Source: a virus
Lineage: Duplodnaviria > Caudoviricetes
IMG/VR virus record: IMGVR_UViG_3300028586_000039
Span: 1 to 42,207 of that record
DNA: 42,207 bases
Reading direction: 5' to 3' (one strand)
Positions 8,467-18,985 of this stretch are shown here, in pieces (position 1 is the stretch's first letter; each line of letters starts with the position of its first letter). Under the pieces are notes generated by a model. The model was not told where the DNA came from. It was given only the letters and a program-made list of their open reading frames with translations, and made no database searches. A program made the translations under genes and the position numbers.

Positions 8467-11400
8467 ATGGCCGATCAAACCGAACGCCTCCTGTTGCAGG
8501 TAGACGCGGCAACTGAGTTGCTGCGCCGTCACCTCGCCGAGGGCGAGCAGCCGCTCGATCGCTTCGAGCGCCGCGCCGCCAAGATGGCGGAGAACGTCGA
8601 AGGCTCGATCGACAACATGGGGAAGCGTTTCGGCGCCTTCGCATCGTTGGCGGAGAATGCCGCCGAGCGCACGCAGAGGTCGTTCGAGGCCAGTTTCAGC
8701 CAGGTGCAGCGGCTTGCCTCGACGGCGATCAAGGGGCCCACGATCCAAGGCGGGATCAATCTCGGCGCCGAAGATATTCGAGCCGGCGCGGCGGCGGCGC
8801 AGGATCAAGCCCGTGCCTTCGCCCTGATCGGCGAAGCGGCGGAGCGCGCGGCACTGGCCGAGCGTGACACCTCCGAAGCAACCCGGTTGTTCATCCAGGC
8901 GACGAACGCCTCGCGGATCGAGGCCGAGCAGAAGGCGGCGGCGCTACTGGCCGAGGCTGGGGCGCTTGAACGCGTCGAGATCGAGCTGCGGCAGAGCGCC
9001 GAGGCCACGGATCTGTTCGTCACCAAGCATCAGCGTATTGCCGAGGCCGTAGCGCAGGAGCGGCAACTTGCCGCTAGCACGGATGAGGCCGCGCGAAGCC
9101 AGCGCGCTCTTGCGGCGGCGGCTGACATTGTCCGCGCCGAGCTCGATCCCATGTTCCTCGCGCAGAAGCGCTTTGACGACGAGATGAACCGCGCCGACAC
9201 CCTTCTTGCGGCCGGCGTCCTTCATCAGCGCGAATATGCCGCCGCGGTCGCGCTGGCCCGCGGCAACCTCAACGCGCATGCTCAGTCGGTTGCCGGGGCC
9301 GGCGCCGGCACGAACGCGCTGACCACCAACACCAACGCTCTCCGCTATGCGATGCAGGGCACGTCCTATCAGGTGCAGGACACCTTCACGCAGATCAGCA
9401 TGGGCGCGAACGTTCTTCAAGTCGTCGCCATCCAGGGCGGCCAGCTCGCCGGGCAGTTCGCGAACATCGAGGGCAAGGCGGGATCGGTCGCCCGGTTCAT
9501 GATCGGCCCTTGGGGGCTTGCGATCACCGCCGGCCTCTTGGTGCTCGGGCCGCTGACGAAGGGATTGCTCGACTTCGGCGACGCGACTGACGATGCGGTC
9601 GACAAGCTGAAGAAGGATGCCGTCGAAAGCGACGTCGCGGCGCGCGCAAAGGCTCGCTTCGCCGGCACCGTCGAGGGGCTGACCGCGGCGCTCAAGGATC
9701 AAGATAAGGCGCTGAAGGCGACCGCCGACAGCGAACGATCGTCCGCCGAGCGCGCCAACATCGCGGCGCGGGCAAAGCGCGACGAGGCGCTCGCTATCCG
9801 GCAGCGAACGGCGGCGCGGTTGGCCGACGCCGAAGCGGAACTGGGAAGCTTCAACATCACGGGCGCCACCACGGGCGCGGCTGCGTTGCAGAACCAAGGC
9901 CGGAGCGATCGGGTCAACCAGCTGCGTGCGGAGCGCACGGCGGCGGATGCTGCGGTCGCCGAAGCCCAGCGGCAGTTGAACGTCACTCGCGTCGACCTTG
10001 CGGCCGAGCGCGCGGCGGTGTCGATCGACCCGGTCCGTGCCGTGACGAAGGCGTATGACGACCGGATCAACACGCTGAAGCGCGAGCAGCGTGAGCAGGC
10101 CCGCCTTGGGAAGATCGTCGGCACAGAGTCTGCCGCTCGACTGCGCGCGTTGGAAGCCGAGAAGAAGGCGGCGGTTGATGCGGCGCAGGATCGCCAGCGT
10201 CTCGCCAATGCCAAGCCGAACAATAATCAGGTCGGTCGTGACGTCGGTGTCGCCGAGGCGACCAGCATCATCGCGAGCATCGGCGGGCGCGTGACCAACG
10301 GTTATCGCTCGCCCGAAAAGCAGCGGCAGATTTACGCCGATAAGCTCGCGGGCCGTCATATCGGCCCCGTCGCCAAGCCCGGCACCAGCGATCACGAACG
10401 CGGACAGGCGGTCGACGTCGCCTACGGTCCCGGTATCAGCATCGCGTCGATCCGCGCCGCCTTTGCCAAGCAGGGCGTCGCGATCCGGCAGCTGCTCGAT
10501 GAGCCGACCCAGCGCATCTACCACGTCGCCTTCGGCAAGAAGGGGGCGAGCCAAGAGTCGGTTGATATCAAGACCGAACGCGCACGCGTAAAGCTGATCA
10601 ACGACGATATCTCGTTCGCGCAGCAGGAGCGCGCAGCGCAACGTCGCCTGATCGAAGCCAAGGGTCGGCATGCGACGAGCGAGGAAGAACTGGAAAGCCT
10701 CGCTCAATCGGATATCAACGCGCAGGCCAATGCCGAGAAGGTTCGTATCGCTGGCCAACTATCGACAAAGAAAATCAGCGATAGCGAGGCAACTCGGCTC
10801 TCGACGCTCAACGAAGAGGCTCGCACGGCCAGCCTCCGAAACCTGATCCTTGATCGTGCCAATCGCCAGATCGAGCAGCGCTACGACGTCGAGCAGGACG
10901 ACCTTCAATCACGCCTGTCGCTGATGCGGATCGGCCAGGATTTGGCAACGACCGACCGCCAGCGCCGGCAGATCGCGTTCGACATTCTCGCGACCGAGCA
11001 GGAACTGCGCCGGAAGGCTCTTGAGCGCGTCCGCGACACGTCGAAGGACCCAGCCGATGTGTTGCGCGCCCAGCGCTCGCTCGCGGCGCTGCCTGCTCAA
11101 GATGCGGGAGAGCGGTCACAGCTCGCCCGGCAGACCGCTTCCCCCATCGACCAGTATCGCGATCGTCTTCAGCACGCCGCTGGCGACATGGACGCAGCAT
11201 TGGAGGACGTCGCCGCCCGCGGCCTCGGGACCATTGAGGATGGCCTCGCTGGCCTGGTCAGCGGCACGGAAACGGCAGGGCAGGCCTTCAAGAAGATGGC
11301 GAGCAGCATCCTTTCGGATCTCGCTCGTATCGCTGCGCAGAAACTGATCCTGTCGCTGGTCGGGGGCCCCGCCGGCCTCGCCTTTGCTGATGGCGGTGTT

Positions 11401-11820
11401 GTGCCCGGTTTCGCCGGCGGCGGCGTGATCTACGGGCCGGGCACCGGGCGTTCCGACAGCATCCTTGCGCGAGTGTCGGCTGGAGAGGGCATCCTGACCG
11501 CTGAGGCCGTCGAGCATTACGGCCGCGGCATCGTGACGGCACTCAATTCCAAGCGCCTGCCGAAGTTCGCGAACGGAGGGCTGGTTTCGCCCTCGCTGCC
11601 GCAGACGTCGCTACGATCGCCCCGTCTCCCGGCTGCTGCCAACGGGCGGAGGTCTGCACCTCAACAACAGGGCTTCTACGTCAAAGTCGACAAGTCCGAT
11701 CTGTTCGACGTGCACGTTCAGACCATCACGGCGCCCCTTTCTCAGGCGGCTCTACTTGGAGGGGCCAGAATGGCGCAGGACGAGATGGCAGAGCAGCGCT
11801 GGGCGCAGATTCCCGGATGA
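8467..11820 (+). CDS. Tail tape measure protein with internal M15-like metallopeptidase domain
   Basis: 1117 aa, Ala-rich helical; QVQD...QGGQL TMP motif, FADGG/GPGTG.SDSI C-terminal motifs; internal GYRS...S.H..G.A.D...E...H. Confidence 0.93.
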   Translation: MADQTERLLLQVDAATELLRRHLAEGEQPLDRFERRAAKMAENVEGSIDNMGKRFGAFASLAENAAERTQRSFEASFSQVQRLASTAIKGPTIQGGINLGAEDIRAGAAAAQDQARAFALIGEAAERAALAERDTSEATRLFIQATNASRIEAEQKAAALLAEAGALERVEIELRQSAEATDLFVTKHQRIAEAVAQERQLAASTDEAARSQRALAAAADIVRAELDPMFLAQKRFDDEMNRADTLLAAGVLHQREYAAAVALARGNLNAHAQSVAGAGAGTNALTTNTNALRYAMQGTSYQVQDTFTQISMGANVLQVVAIQGGQLAGQFANIEGKAGSVARFMIGPWGLAITAGLLVLGPLTKGLLDFGDATDDAVDKLKKDAVESDVAARAKARFAGTVEGLTAALKDQDKALKATADSERSSAERANIAARAKRDEALAIRQRTAARLADAEAELGSFNITGATTGAAALQNQGRSDRVNQLRAERTAADAAVAEAQRQLNVTRVDLAAERAAVSIDPVRAVTKAYDDRINTLKREQREQARLGKIVGTESAARLRALEAEKKAAVDAAQDRQRLANAKPNNNQVGRDVGVAEATSIIASIGGRVTNGYRSPEKQRQIYADKLAGRHIGPVAKPGTSDHERGQAVDVAYGPGISIASIRAAFAKQGVAIRQLLDEPTQRIYHVAFGKKGASQESVDIKTERARVKLINDDISFAQQERAAQRRLIEAKGRHATSEEELESLAQSDINAQANAEKVRIAGQLSTKKISDSEATRLSTLNEEARTASLRNLILDRANRQIEQRYDVEQDDLQSRLSLMRIGQDLATTDRQRRQIAFDILATEQELRRKALERVRDTSKDPADVLRAQRSLAALPAQDAGERSQLARQTASPIDQYRDRLQHAAGDMDAALEDVAARGLGTIEDGLAGLVSGTETAGQAFKKMASSILSDLARIAAQKLILSLVGGPAGLAFADGGVVPGFAGGGVIYGPGTGRSDSILARVSAGEGILTAEAVEHYGRGIVTALNSKRLPKFANGGLVSPSLPQTSLRSPRLPAAANGRRSAPQQQGFYVKVDKSDLFDVHVQTITAPLSQAALLGGARMAQDEMAEQRWAQIPG

Positions 11821-12422
11821 CCGGGCCCATCCTGCTGCGGCCGCAGAGCGGCTGGAAGATCGATGCGCCGCGCATGATCGATTGGGGCGGCTCCTTGACG
11901 CCGCCCAACGGTGGCGCTGTGCAGACGTTGTCCCGCCTCGGTACGCGCCATGCTCTCGACGTCACTCCGCCTGCCATCAAGGCAGAGCCGGAGGGGCGGA
12001 TATTCTCGGCACAGCTGCGGCTGGCAAAGCTGTTCGGCGCGCTAATCCCTTTCGACCAGGACGGCTTCAAACCCGGCCTCTGCGGCCGCCCAGTAGTATC
12101 GGACAGCGGGCAATCTGGCATGACGCTCGCCCTGCGGTCGTTCACCCCAAACTATTCGGTGAGGATGGGGCAAGCCTTCAGTCTAGTGCATCAGGGCCGG
12201 CGGTATCTGCACTTCGTTGCCTCGCAGGGAGTTGCCAATTCGACAGGCGTGCTCGCCCTTTCGATCTTTCCAATGCTCCGCGTCATTCCAGACGCTAACT
12301 CGGTGTGCGAATTTACGCGGCCGATGATTGAGGGCAGTCTGTCGGGTAACGAGGTGGCATGGACCCGTCAGACGGCGGGCTATTTCGACTTCGGCACGAT
12401 CACGATTTCCGAGGATCGATGA
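11817..12422 (+). CDS. Distal tail protein-like
   Basis: 201 aa directly after TMP, overlapping stop/start. Confidence 0.65.
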   Translation: MTGPILLRPQSGWKIDAPRMIDWGGSLTPPNGGAVQTLSRLGTRHALDVTPPAIKAEPEGRIFSAQLRLAKLFGALIPFDQDGFKPGLCGRPVVSDSGQSGMTLALRSFTPNYSVRMGQAFSLVHQGRRYLHFVASQGVANSTGVLALSIFPMLRVIPDANSVCEFTRPMIEGSLSGNEVAWTRQTAGYFDFGTITISEDR

Positions 12423-12423
12423 C

Positions 12424-13065
12424 GTGGGTCAGTTGAACCCGCTTCTCGCCTCGGCTCTCCGCGGCGAGCGCCCGCTGCTGTTTGGATCGGTGGAGATAAA
12501 CCTACCGGGCTACGATCTGCTGCTGCTCGATGGCGCTGGCGAGTTAATGGTCGGCGACCGCAAATTCGTCGGCCTTGATCCGGTCTATGGCGCTCTCGAC
12601 AGCATCAAGGGCCTTACCGACAGCATCGGTGACAGCGCGCCTTCGGTGTCGCTCGGGCTGATCCCAAGCGGCGAGGTAGCGCTTGCCAAGCTGATCGATC
12701 CGTTGGTGCAGGGCTCGAGCGTGACCATCGCGATCGGATGTATCGACATGATGACTGGCGCAGCCGTGTCGGCACCATACGTCCTATTCACCGGCGAGCT
12801 TGACGTGCCGACGATCAAGTGGGGCGCGCGCGATCGGCGTCTCGAATACCGAGCCGTAAGCGCAGCTGAGCGCCTGTTTCAGGTGGAAGAGGCGAACCGC
12901 ATGACTGACGCACATCACCAGTCAATCTGGCCGGGCGAGCTGGGGATGTCGCTGGTCAGCTACGTCGAAGATTATGTCCCATGGGGGCAGAAGCTCGACC
13001 TGACCGCTATCGAAACCCGCACCAATGTGCCCGGCGTCGGTTCCATTACGACGAAGAGGACCTGA
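12424..13065 (+). CDS. Tail tip/hub protein
   Basis: GTG 12424 after GAGG; D..HQSIWPGE.G...V and WG motifs typical of minor tail proteins; synteny. Confidence 0.65.
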   Translation: MGQLNPLLASALRGERPLLFGSVEINLPGYDLLLLDGAGELMVGDRKFVGLDPVYGALDSIKGLTDSIGDSAPSVSLGLIPSGEVALAKLIDPLVQGSSVTIAIGCIDMMTGAAVSAPYVLFTGELDVPTIKWGARDRRLEYRAVSAAERLFQVEEANRMTDAHHQSIWPGELGMSLVSYVEDYVPWGQKLDLTAIETRTNVPGVGSITTKRT

Positions 13066-13490
13066 TGAGCGAACACGTCCTCATCCTGCGCCGGAACGCC
13101 GCGCAGGCCACCCTTCTGCGATTCGAAGGCCAGCCGTTCGCCTGGGGGCGGTTTGACTGTGCGAAGATGCTTGCCTTCCACCTTCGTGCAATGAACTTGT
13201 CGCCGGCTTCGGCGAAGGCCGGCAGCTACTCGACCGCGATCGGCGCGCGCCGCGCGCTCGGGCGCATGGGAGCGAAGAGCCTCGCTGAGCTGCTTGACGT
13301 TCGCTTCGCGCGGATCGCCCCGGCCGCAGCGCTCATTGGTGACATCGTCTCGTTGCCATCGACCGGCAAGCTCGACGCAATCGGCATCGCCCTCGGTAAT
13401 GGCCGCCTGCTATCCTACCATGAAGATGCTGTCGGCGCGATCGTGGTGCAGCCGGTTCAGATGCTCGCCGCCTGGCGGATCGTGGCATGA
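13065..13490 (+). CDS. NlpC/P60-like tail assembly protein
   Basis: PFAWGRFDC motif, GDIV, AWR end; ATG overlaps upstream TGA. Confidence 0.75.
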   Translation: MSEHVLILRRNAAQATLLRFEGQPFAWGRFDCAKMLAFHLRAMNLSPASAKAGSYSTAIGARRALGRMGAKSLAELLDVRFARIAPAAALIGDIVSLPSTGKLDAIGIALGNGRLLSYHEDAVGAIVVQPVQMLAAWRIVA

Positions 13491-16072
13491 AGGCTGTTCG
13501 AACGGCCGCGATCATTGTCGGGGCCGCAGCGCTGGCGGCCGCTACCGCCGGCGTTGGGCTCGGCGTAGCAGCCGGTGCGTCAGCAAGCTTCAGCTTCGCG
13601 GCGACTGCGTCAACGCTTGGTATCTCTTCGACCCTGCTCGCCGGTGGCGCCCTGACCGGCGCAGCCGTTCTTGCGCAGGCGCTGAGCCCAACGCCCAGCG
13701 CTGGCGGGTCGCAGACGAAATGGAAGGCCGACCCCTACGCAGGCATCCCCTACGTCATGGGCCGCACGCTGGTCGCCGGAGACATCCGCGCAAAGCGCGG
13801 TTCGGGCGGCAGCAACCCATATGAGCATTTCGTCACTGTCCTGTCGCTCGGCCCGATCCAATCGATCGATACCGCCTTCGCCAACAAGTCGACGCTGAAC
13901 TTCCTCGGCGGAATGATCGGCACGCCATCCGGCTACTACTTCCAGCGCATCTGGCAGGCCGTTCAGCTGGGTCGCACGCCCGAGCCGGTCGCATTGCAAC
14001 CGCTGGCCGGAACCTTCCCGGGTTGGACGCCAGCGCACAAGCTGTCGGGATATGCCGCCACGCTCGTGACGATGCTCTACGATGCCAAGGGCAAGAACAC
14101 GCTGACGACAGAGCCGGCGATGTCATGGATTATCCGCGGCGTCCTCGTCTACGACCCGCGGCTCGACAGCACCTATCCCGGCGGCAGCGGCGCATGCCGC
14201 GCGCTCGACGAGAGCACCTATGTCTATTCCGAAGATCCGCACCTCCACGGACTGACTTGGGCGCTCGGTCGTTACCACAACGGTCGCCGCGTGGCCGGAA
14301 TCGGTGCGCCGCTTGCGCAGATCGACGTCGCCAGCTTCGTTGAGGGCGCGAATCTCAACGATGCGCGCGGCTGGAAGGTAGGCGGGCAGATCACGACTCG
14401 ACCCGATACACCGTGGAACAACTTGAAGAGCATCTTGCAGGCTGGAGGTGCCACACCGGTATTCTCGGGAGGTATCATCTCCTGCATCAATCGCGCGCCG
14501 CGGGTCAGTCTCGCAACGATCACGCGCGATGACATCGTCGGCGAAAGCAGTTTTAGCGGCACGCAGCCGCGCCGGACCCGGATCAACGGCATGGTCCCAT
14601 CCTATCGGTCGGAGGCACACGATTGGCAAATGGTGCCGACGAAGGGCGTGCTGGTCGCCGATTGGGTTGAACAGGATGGCGGCGAGCGGGTGAAGGAACA
14701 GTCGTTCCCGCTTGTCCAGAACGTCGACCAAGTCACGCAGCTCGCCACCTATGAAGTCGCGGACGCGCGCGAAGCGGGGCCCGGCTCGATCCCGCTCAAG
14801 CCATGGTGGCTTAACTATCGGCTCGGCGATTGCGTCACCTTCAGCCCCGAGGACGGCTGGAGCGTTAAGGTGATGATCATGGGGCGCGACCTCGACGCCC
14901 AGACCGGGACGGTGACCTATACCGTGCGAACGGAAACAGACGCGAAGCACGCCTTCGCGCTTGGGAAGACCGGAGTGGCTCCGCCCACCGCCAACATTGT
15001 CTATGACACGTCCGTCGCGGTGCCGTCGGCGGCAGATTGGCAGCTGACGGGCGCCACACTGACGGCAAATGGCGGATCGATCCCGGCGCTCATCATCGTC
15101 GGCGCAGTCGGCAATCCAAGCGCTGACGCGGTGCTGTTCGAGCAGCGCCCCTTTATCGCCGGGCAAGCTGCGGATGCGGGATGGTCGGCTGCCAGTCTTG
15201 AGCCGGCGGATGTGACCCGTAAGGAGTTTGGCACGGTCACCCCTAGCACGAGCTACGAGGTGGGCGTCCGGTATCGCGTGCGCGGCATGACCGGTGACCG
15301 CCGCATCCTCGGTCCTGTGACCGCGGGGCAGTTGGCGACGGCCGGCGCGTTGCAGCAGGCGATTTCCACCTCGTTCCCGATCGGCCTGACGATCACGGCC
15401 GCGGCGGATGGCACGGTCACGATCAGCAATCATGTCCGACGTTATACGGACGGGCATGCCGACGTGAACGTCAGCGGCAAGACGATCGCCAGCGGCCTCG
15501 CTGCCGGCGACTTCCGCGCCATCGGCTATGACGATGCAGACCGGCTCGGCGGCGCGGTCACCTACGTGCTCGACCCCGACGACATCAACGCTCGAGCGTC
15601 ACCTGATCATCCCGGCCGCCATTACATCGGCTATGCGATCATCCCGACCGCCGGCTCGCCGCCATCGAGCGGTGGCGGTGCAACACCGCCAGGCGGAAGG
15701 TGCCCGACGACCGACACGCCGATCCTGATGGCGGATCTGACGGAGAAGCCGGCGGGCGAGATCATCGTCGGCGATCGAGTGTGGACGCGTCACGAGGAAA
15801 CGCTGCGCTGGGGCTTCTACCCCGTCGAGGCGGTTGAAATCGCAGATAGCGACGATGTCTGGAAGGCGACGGTCGACGGCAAGACGCTACGCGCGACCGG
15901 CGACCACCGCGTTTTCGTCGGCGAGTGGGTGATGATCCGCGACATTCCCGGAGCTGACCGCGTCACTGGCACTCTGCCGATCGTCAAGATCACCGTCACC
16001 GGCGCCCATACCTACGTCTCGAACGGCATCCTCAGCCACAACATCAAGGCGAACGATCCGACCTTCGAGTGA
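13487..16072 (+). CDS. Tail tip/host-specificity protein (TipJ-like) with C-terminal Hint domain
   Basis: IPYVMGRT, HKLSGYA, G..VYDPRLDST motifs, FN3-like YEVGVRYR; aa 739-852 run from C to HN with Hint blocks. Confidence 0.88.
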   Translation: MKAVRTAAIIVGAAALAAATAGVGLGVAAGASASFSFAATASTLGISSTLLAGGALTGAAVLAQALSPTPSAGGSQTKWKADPYAGIPYVMGRTLVAGDIRAKRGSGGSNPYEHFVTVLSLGPIQSIDTAFANKSTLNFLGGMIGTPSGYYFQRIWQAVQLGRTPEPVALQPLAGTFPGWTPAHKLSGYAATLVTMLYDAKGKNTLTTEPAMSWIIRGVLVYDPRLDSTYPGGSGACRALDESTYVYSEDPHLHGLTWALGRYHNGRRVAGIGAPLAQIDVASFVEGANLNDARGWKVGGQITTRPDTPWNNLKSILQAGGATPVFSGGIISCINRAPRVSLATITRDDIVGESSFSGTQPRRTRINGMVPSYRSEAHDWQMVPTKGVLVADWVEQDGGERVKEQSFPLVQNVDQVTQLATYEVADAREAGPGSIPLKPWWLNYRLGDCVTFSPEDGWSVKVMIMGRDLDAQTGTVTYTVRTETDAKHAFALGKTGVAPPTANIVYDTSVAVPSAADWQLTGATLTANGGSIPALIIVGAVGNPSADAVLFEQRPFIAGQAADAGWSAASLEPADVTRKEFGTVTPSTSYEVGVRYRVRGMTGDRRILGPVTAGQLATAGALQQAISTSFPIGLTITAAADGTVTISNHVRRYTDGHADVNVSGKTIASGLAAGDFRAIGYDDADRLGGAVTYVLDPDDINARASPDHPGRHYIGYAIIPTAGSPPSSGGGATPPGGRCPTTDTPILMADLTEKPAGEIIVGDRVWTRHEETLRWGFYPVEAVEIADSDDVWKATVDGKTLRATGDHRVFVGEWVMIRDIPGADRVTGTLPIVKITVTGAHTYVSNGILSHNIKANDPTFE

Positions 16073-16132
16073 TCGTCCCCGCGAACAACCACTCGCTGCT
16101 CCACCTCAACACCTGACCTCTCGGAGACTTGA

Positions 16133-18985
16133 ATGGCAACTGCAGCCTGCCTGCCGATCGCGGCAGACCGGGCGGGCCCCTGCGTCCGCAACATCTTCTT
16201 CGACGGACTCGACCTTACGGGCGTCGAGTTGCGGCTGGAGGTGCGCCTCAATCCAGAGACGCCGGGGCCTGCGGCAATCGCCCTCGGGCTTGGCGCGACC
16301 GCAAACGCTGAAGGGCTTCGGCTGGCGGGAGTAACGTTCGCGAACGGCGTCCCGACCAGCCAAGTGACGTTGCGCATCAACGAAGCGACGATGAAGGACG
16401 CGTCTAAGGTGCCCTATTCGGGCGAGCTCGGCGACGTTTCGACGATGGTCTACGACCTGATCGGAATATTCGGACAGGACAAGCGACGCCTTTGCTATGG
16501 AACGCTGATCGCGTTGCCGACGACCTACGGCATGGATGCCGCGCCGGCGGATCGCGTGGACAGCTACCGATCGACTTACGGATCGGCCCCAACGTGGAAC
16601 AGCGCAACGCTGACTTTCAACAACGACGATGTCCGTATCCAGATCGACGGTGCCGACCTCATCCTGCCGGCCGTCGCGCGGGCCGAAGCTGCCGCGGCGC
16701 AATCTTCCGCGCTCGGTCCTAACGCGCTGCTGCGCACCGGCGTCGCCGTGGCCGCCCTGCCGGTTCAAGAGATCGGGTCCACCGCGCCGACGAGCGGTAA
16801 CGGGCTACCGAAGAGCTTCGCCTACGGCTTGAACATCCCTGCACCGCAGGCGGGCCAGGTCACCCAGGTGTCGATCCGTCGCAATGGACCGATGACCGGC
16901 AAGCTCGTCTTCACCGATGCCAACGGTAAAGCTCGCTGCGAGGCATCCTTCGCTGTCGCTGATACCGGGGATGGCCCGACAACGGTTGTCCTCGCGACGC
17001 CGCTCGCCGTCGAGCAGGGCGACTTCGCGCACGTCATCACGCTGACGGGCAACCACCCATTCTATCAAGTGAATGGAGGCGGCCGGGCCTTCCCGATCTC
17101 CGAATACGCCGGGCCGGGCGACGTGGTGCCTTATACCATGGTCGATCAGACGCTGGCGCTCTCCTACACCTTGAACATGGTGGGCCGGTCGCTCGCGAGC
17201 CGGATCGGCGACATCGAACCGCAGGTCGCGCAGGACGGCGCGCCCGTGACGCGCGACGCGATGTACTCGACCAACTTCTTTGATCCGGGTGGCGGCTTCA
17301 CCGGCTGGGGCATCCGGCAGGATGCCGGCTATGACCTTCCGGTCGGGATGCAGGTCGACCGCATCGACCTTCCAGCCTTCCCGGCAGACGTGGCAGCGTT
17401 TCTTGGCTGGCGCATCATTCGCCGGCCGCTGTCGTCGCCAGACATTGGCTCGCCGTCGCCCTCGACCACGGATGAGGTCCTGCGCAGCGGCATCTCTCCC
17501 CTCGCCGACGTCGGCCTGTCTGCGAACACCCGCGGGCGTGCCATCATCCGCATCGGCGAGGTGATCGCGATCGAGGCGGGCTATGCTTATTACGTGTTCG
17601 TCAGCGCCTTCACCGCGGCGCGCAACCTCACGGCGATGGGCGTCACGTCGATGCCGTCTACCGAGACGGAGCCGCAGCGGCGCGGCATGTATGCGCAAGG
17701 CGTCACCGGATATCAGCCGACCAGCACGATCGGGGCTGGGTCGAAGCTCGGCATCCGGTTGCGCGGCCGGGTGGCGGCTCTCACCGCAACCTACGACTGG
17801 CGGGTCGCTGAAGCCTCTGCCGTGACGAGCGGGCGGGCGGTGACGGTGCGAGGCGTGCTTGCGCGTAGCGGCATGATGCTGCCGTTCACGGCGACCAAAA
17901 CGCTCGATGCCGCAGCGACCTATACCCGCTACGACGTGCTCGCGCTCAACATCGAGGACCTAACGATCAGCGTCCTTAAGGGCGCGGAGGCGCAGTACGA
18001 CGCCGGCGAGCGTATCCCCGTGGTGACGGACGGGCGCATGGTTGCGCTCTTCAACTGCCGCACCACGCCGGTCGCCGCCACGCCGGTGGCAATCTGGGCG
18101 ATCGAGGATGGTGTGCACCGCGACGTCGCGGTGCAGATCGAGACGGATCGGCGACTGTTCCGTCGGGCAATCCCGAGGACGCGGGCGGCGATCGCCGCGG
18201 GCAAGCCGCTTCGCTTCATGTCGCTGGGCGATTCGATCGGCGCTCTGGATGGCCCAGTCGGAGGGGCGCAAAGCGCGACCGCACCGAATGGCGCCAATCG
18301 GGATCGTGCTCGGCGCTACCTGACCGATGAGGGTGGAACGAGCCCCATTCACATGTCGGCAGACCTGGCGAATGGGCTGCCGGTCTATACCGCAGTCCAG
18401 ATCGGGCGGGCGGACGACGGCGCCGGTTCGGTTCACACCAAGTTCGGTGCAATCTGGGAGATGGTGAAGGCCATCGAGGCGCGTGGCCTGCATACCCTCG
18501 GCACCAACCTCTGGTACGACAACTTCTGCATCGGCGGGAAGTCGAGCAACGATCTGTGGTCGAACGGCGCCCCGACCGCATGGCTCAACGCCGCTGTGGC
18601 ATATGCACAGGCGAACAGCGTCACCGCGGTGCTGCTGCACATGGCGATGAACGACACGACGCCCTCCGTCCCGACCCGCACGAACATGGTCGGCATCATC
18701 AAGGCGTTTCGGGCGATTGGCGTCGAGGTAATCGTCCAGGGAGCATGGCGGGCGCGGAACGTCGGTATCGCGGCCAACTGGGATAACGTCTCCAACCAGG
18801 TGCGCGAGGCGGCGATCGAGGCCGGAGCAGCATTCAACAGCCTTCGACCCATCCTGCTCGACTCGTACATCGGCGCCGTCGGCATCAGCCCCGAGGATCT
18901 GACCCCTTCGAACGGCGAGAACCACCCCGGCATTGCGGAGCATGCCGCGGCCGGACGCCTCCTCTCCCGCCTCGTCGTCGAATAA
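16133..18985 (+). CDS. Tail spike/fibre with C-terminal SGNH/GDSL hydrolase domain
   Basis: 950 aa; N-terminal virion-anchor-like region, beta-rich middle; SLGDSIG, IGGKSS, MAMND, NHP blocks. Confidence 0.8.
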   Translation: MATAACLPIAADRAGPCVRNIFFDGLDLTGVELRLEVRLNPETPGPAAIALGLGATANAEGLRLAGVTFANGVPTSQVTLRINEATMKDASKVPYSGELGDVSTMVYDLIGIFGQDKRRLCYGTLIALPTTYGMDAAPADRVDSYRSTYGSAPTWNSATLTFNNDDVRIQIDGADLILPAVARAEAAAAQSSALGPNALLRTGVAVAALPVQEIGSTAPTSGNGLPKSFAYGLNIPAPQAGQVTQVSIRRNGPMTGKLVFTDANGKARCEASFAVADTGDGPTTVVLATPLAVEQGDFAHVITLTGNHPFYQVNGGGRAFPISEYAGPGDVVPYTMVDQTLALSYTLNMVGRSLASRIGDIEPQVAQDGAPVTRDAMYSTNFFDPGGGFTGWGIRQDAGYDLPVGMQVDRIDLPAFPADVAAFLGWRIIRRPLSSPDIGSPSPSTTDEVLRSGISPLADVGLSANTRGRAIIRIGEVIAIEAGYAYYVFVSAFTAARNLTAMGVTSMPSTETEPQRRGMYAQGVTGYQPTSTIGAGSKLGIRLRGRVAALTATYDWRVAEASAVTSGRAVTVRGVLARSGMMLPFTATKTLDAAATYTRYDVLALNIEDLTISVLKGAEAQYDAGERIPVVTDGRMVALFNCRTTPVAATPVAIWAIEDGVHRDVAVQIETDRRLFRRAIPRTRAAIAAGKPLRFMSLGDSIGALDGPVGGAQSATAPNGANRDRARRYLTDEGGTSPIHMSADLANGLPVYTAVQIGRADDGAGSVHTKFGAIWEMVKAIEARGLHTLGTNLWYDNFCIGGKSSNDLWSNGAPTAWLNAAVAYAQANSVTAVLLHMAMNDTTPSVPTRTNMVGIIKAFRAIGVEVIVQGAWRARNVGIAANWDNVSNQVREAAIEAGAAFNSLRPILLDSYIGAVGISPEDLTPSNGENHPGIAEHAAAGRLLSRLVVE

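Noticed and set aside
15701-16042. Canonical mobile intein
   Set aside because: Residue after the terminal Asn is Ile, C-extein is only 9 aa and there is no homing endonuclease; treated as a cleavage-type Hint domain
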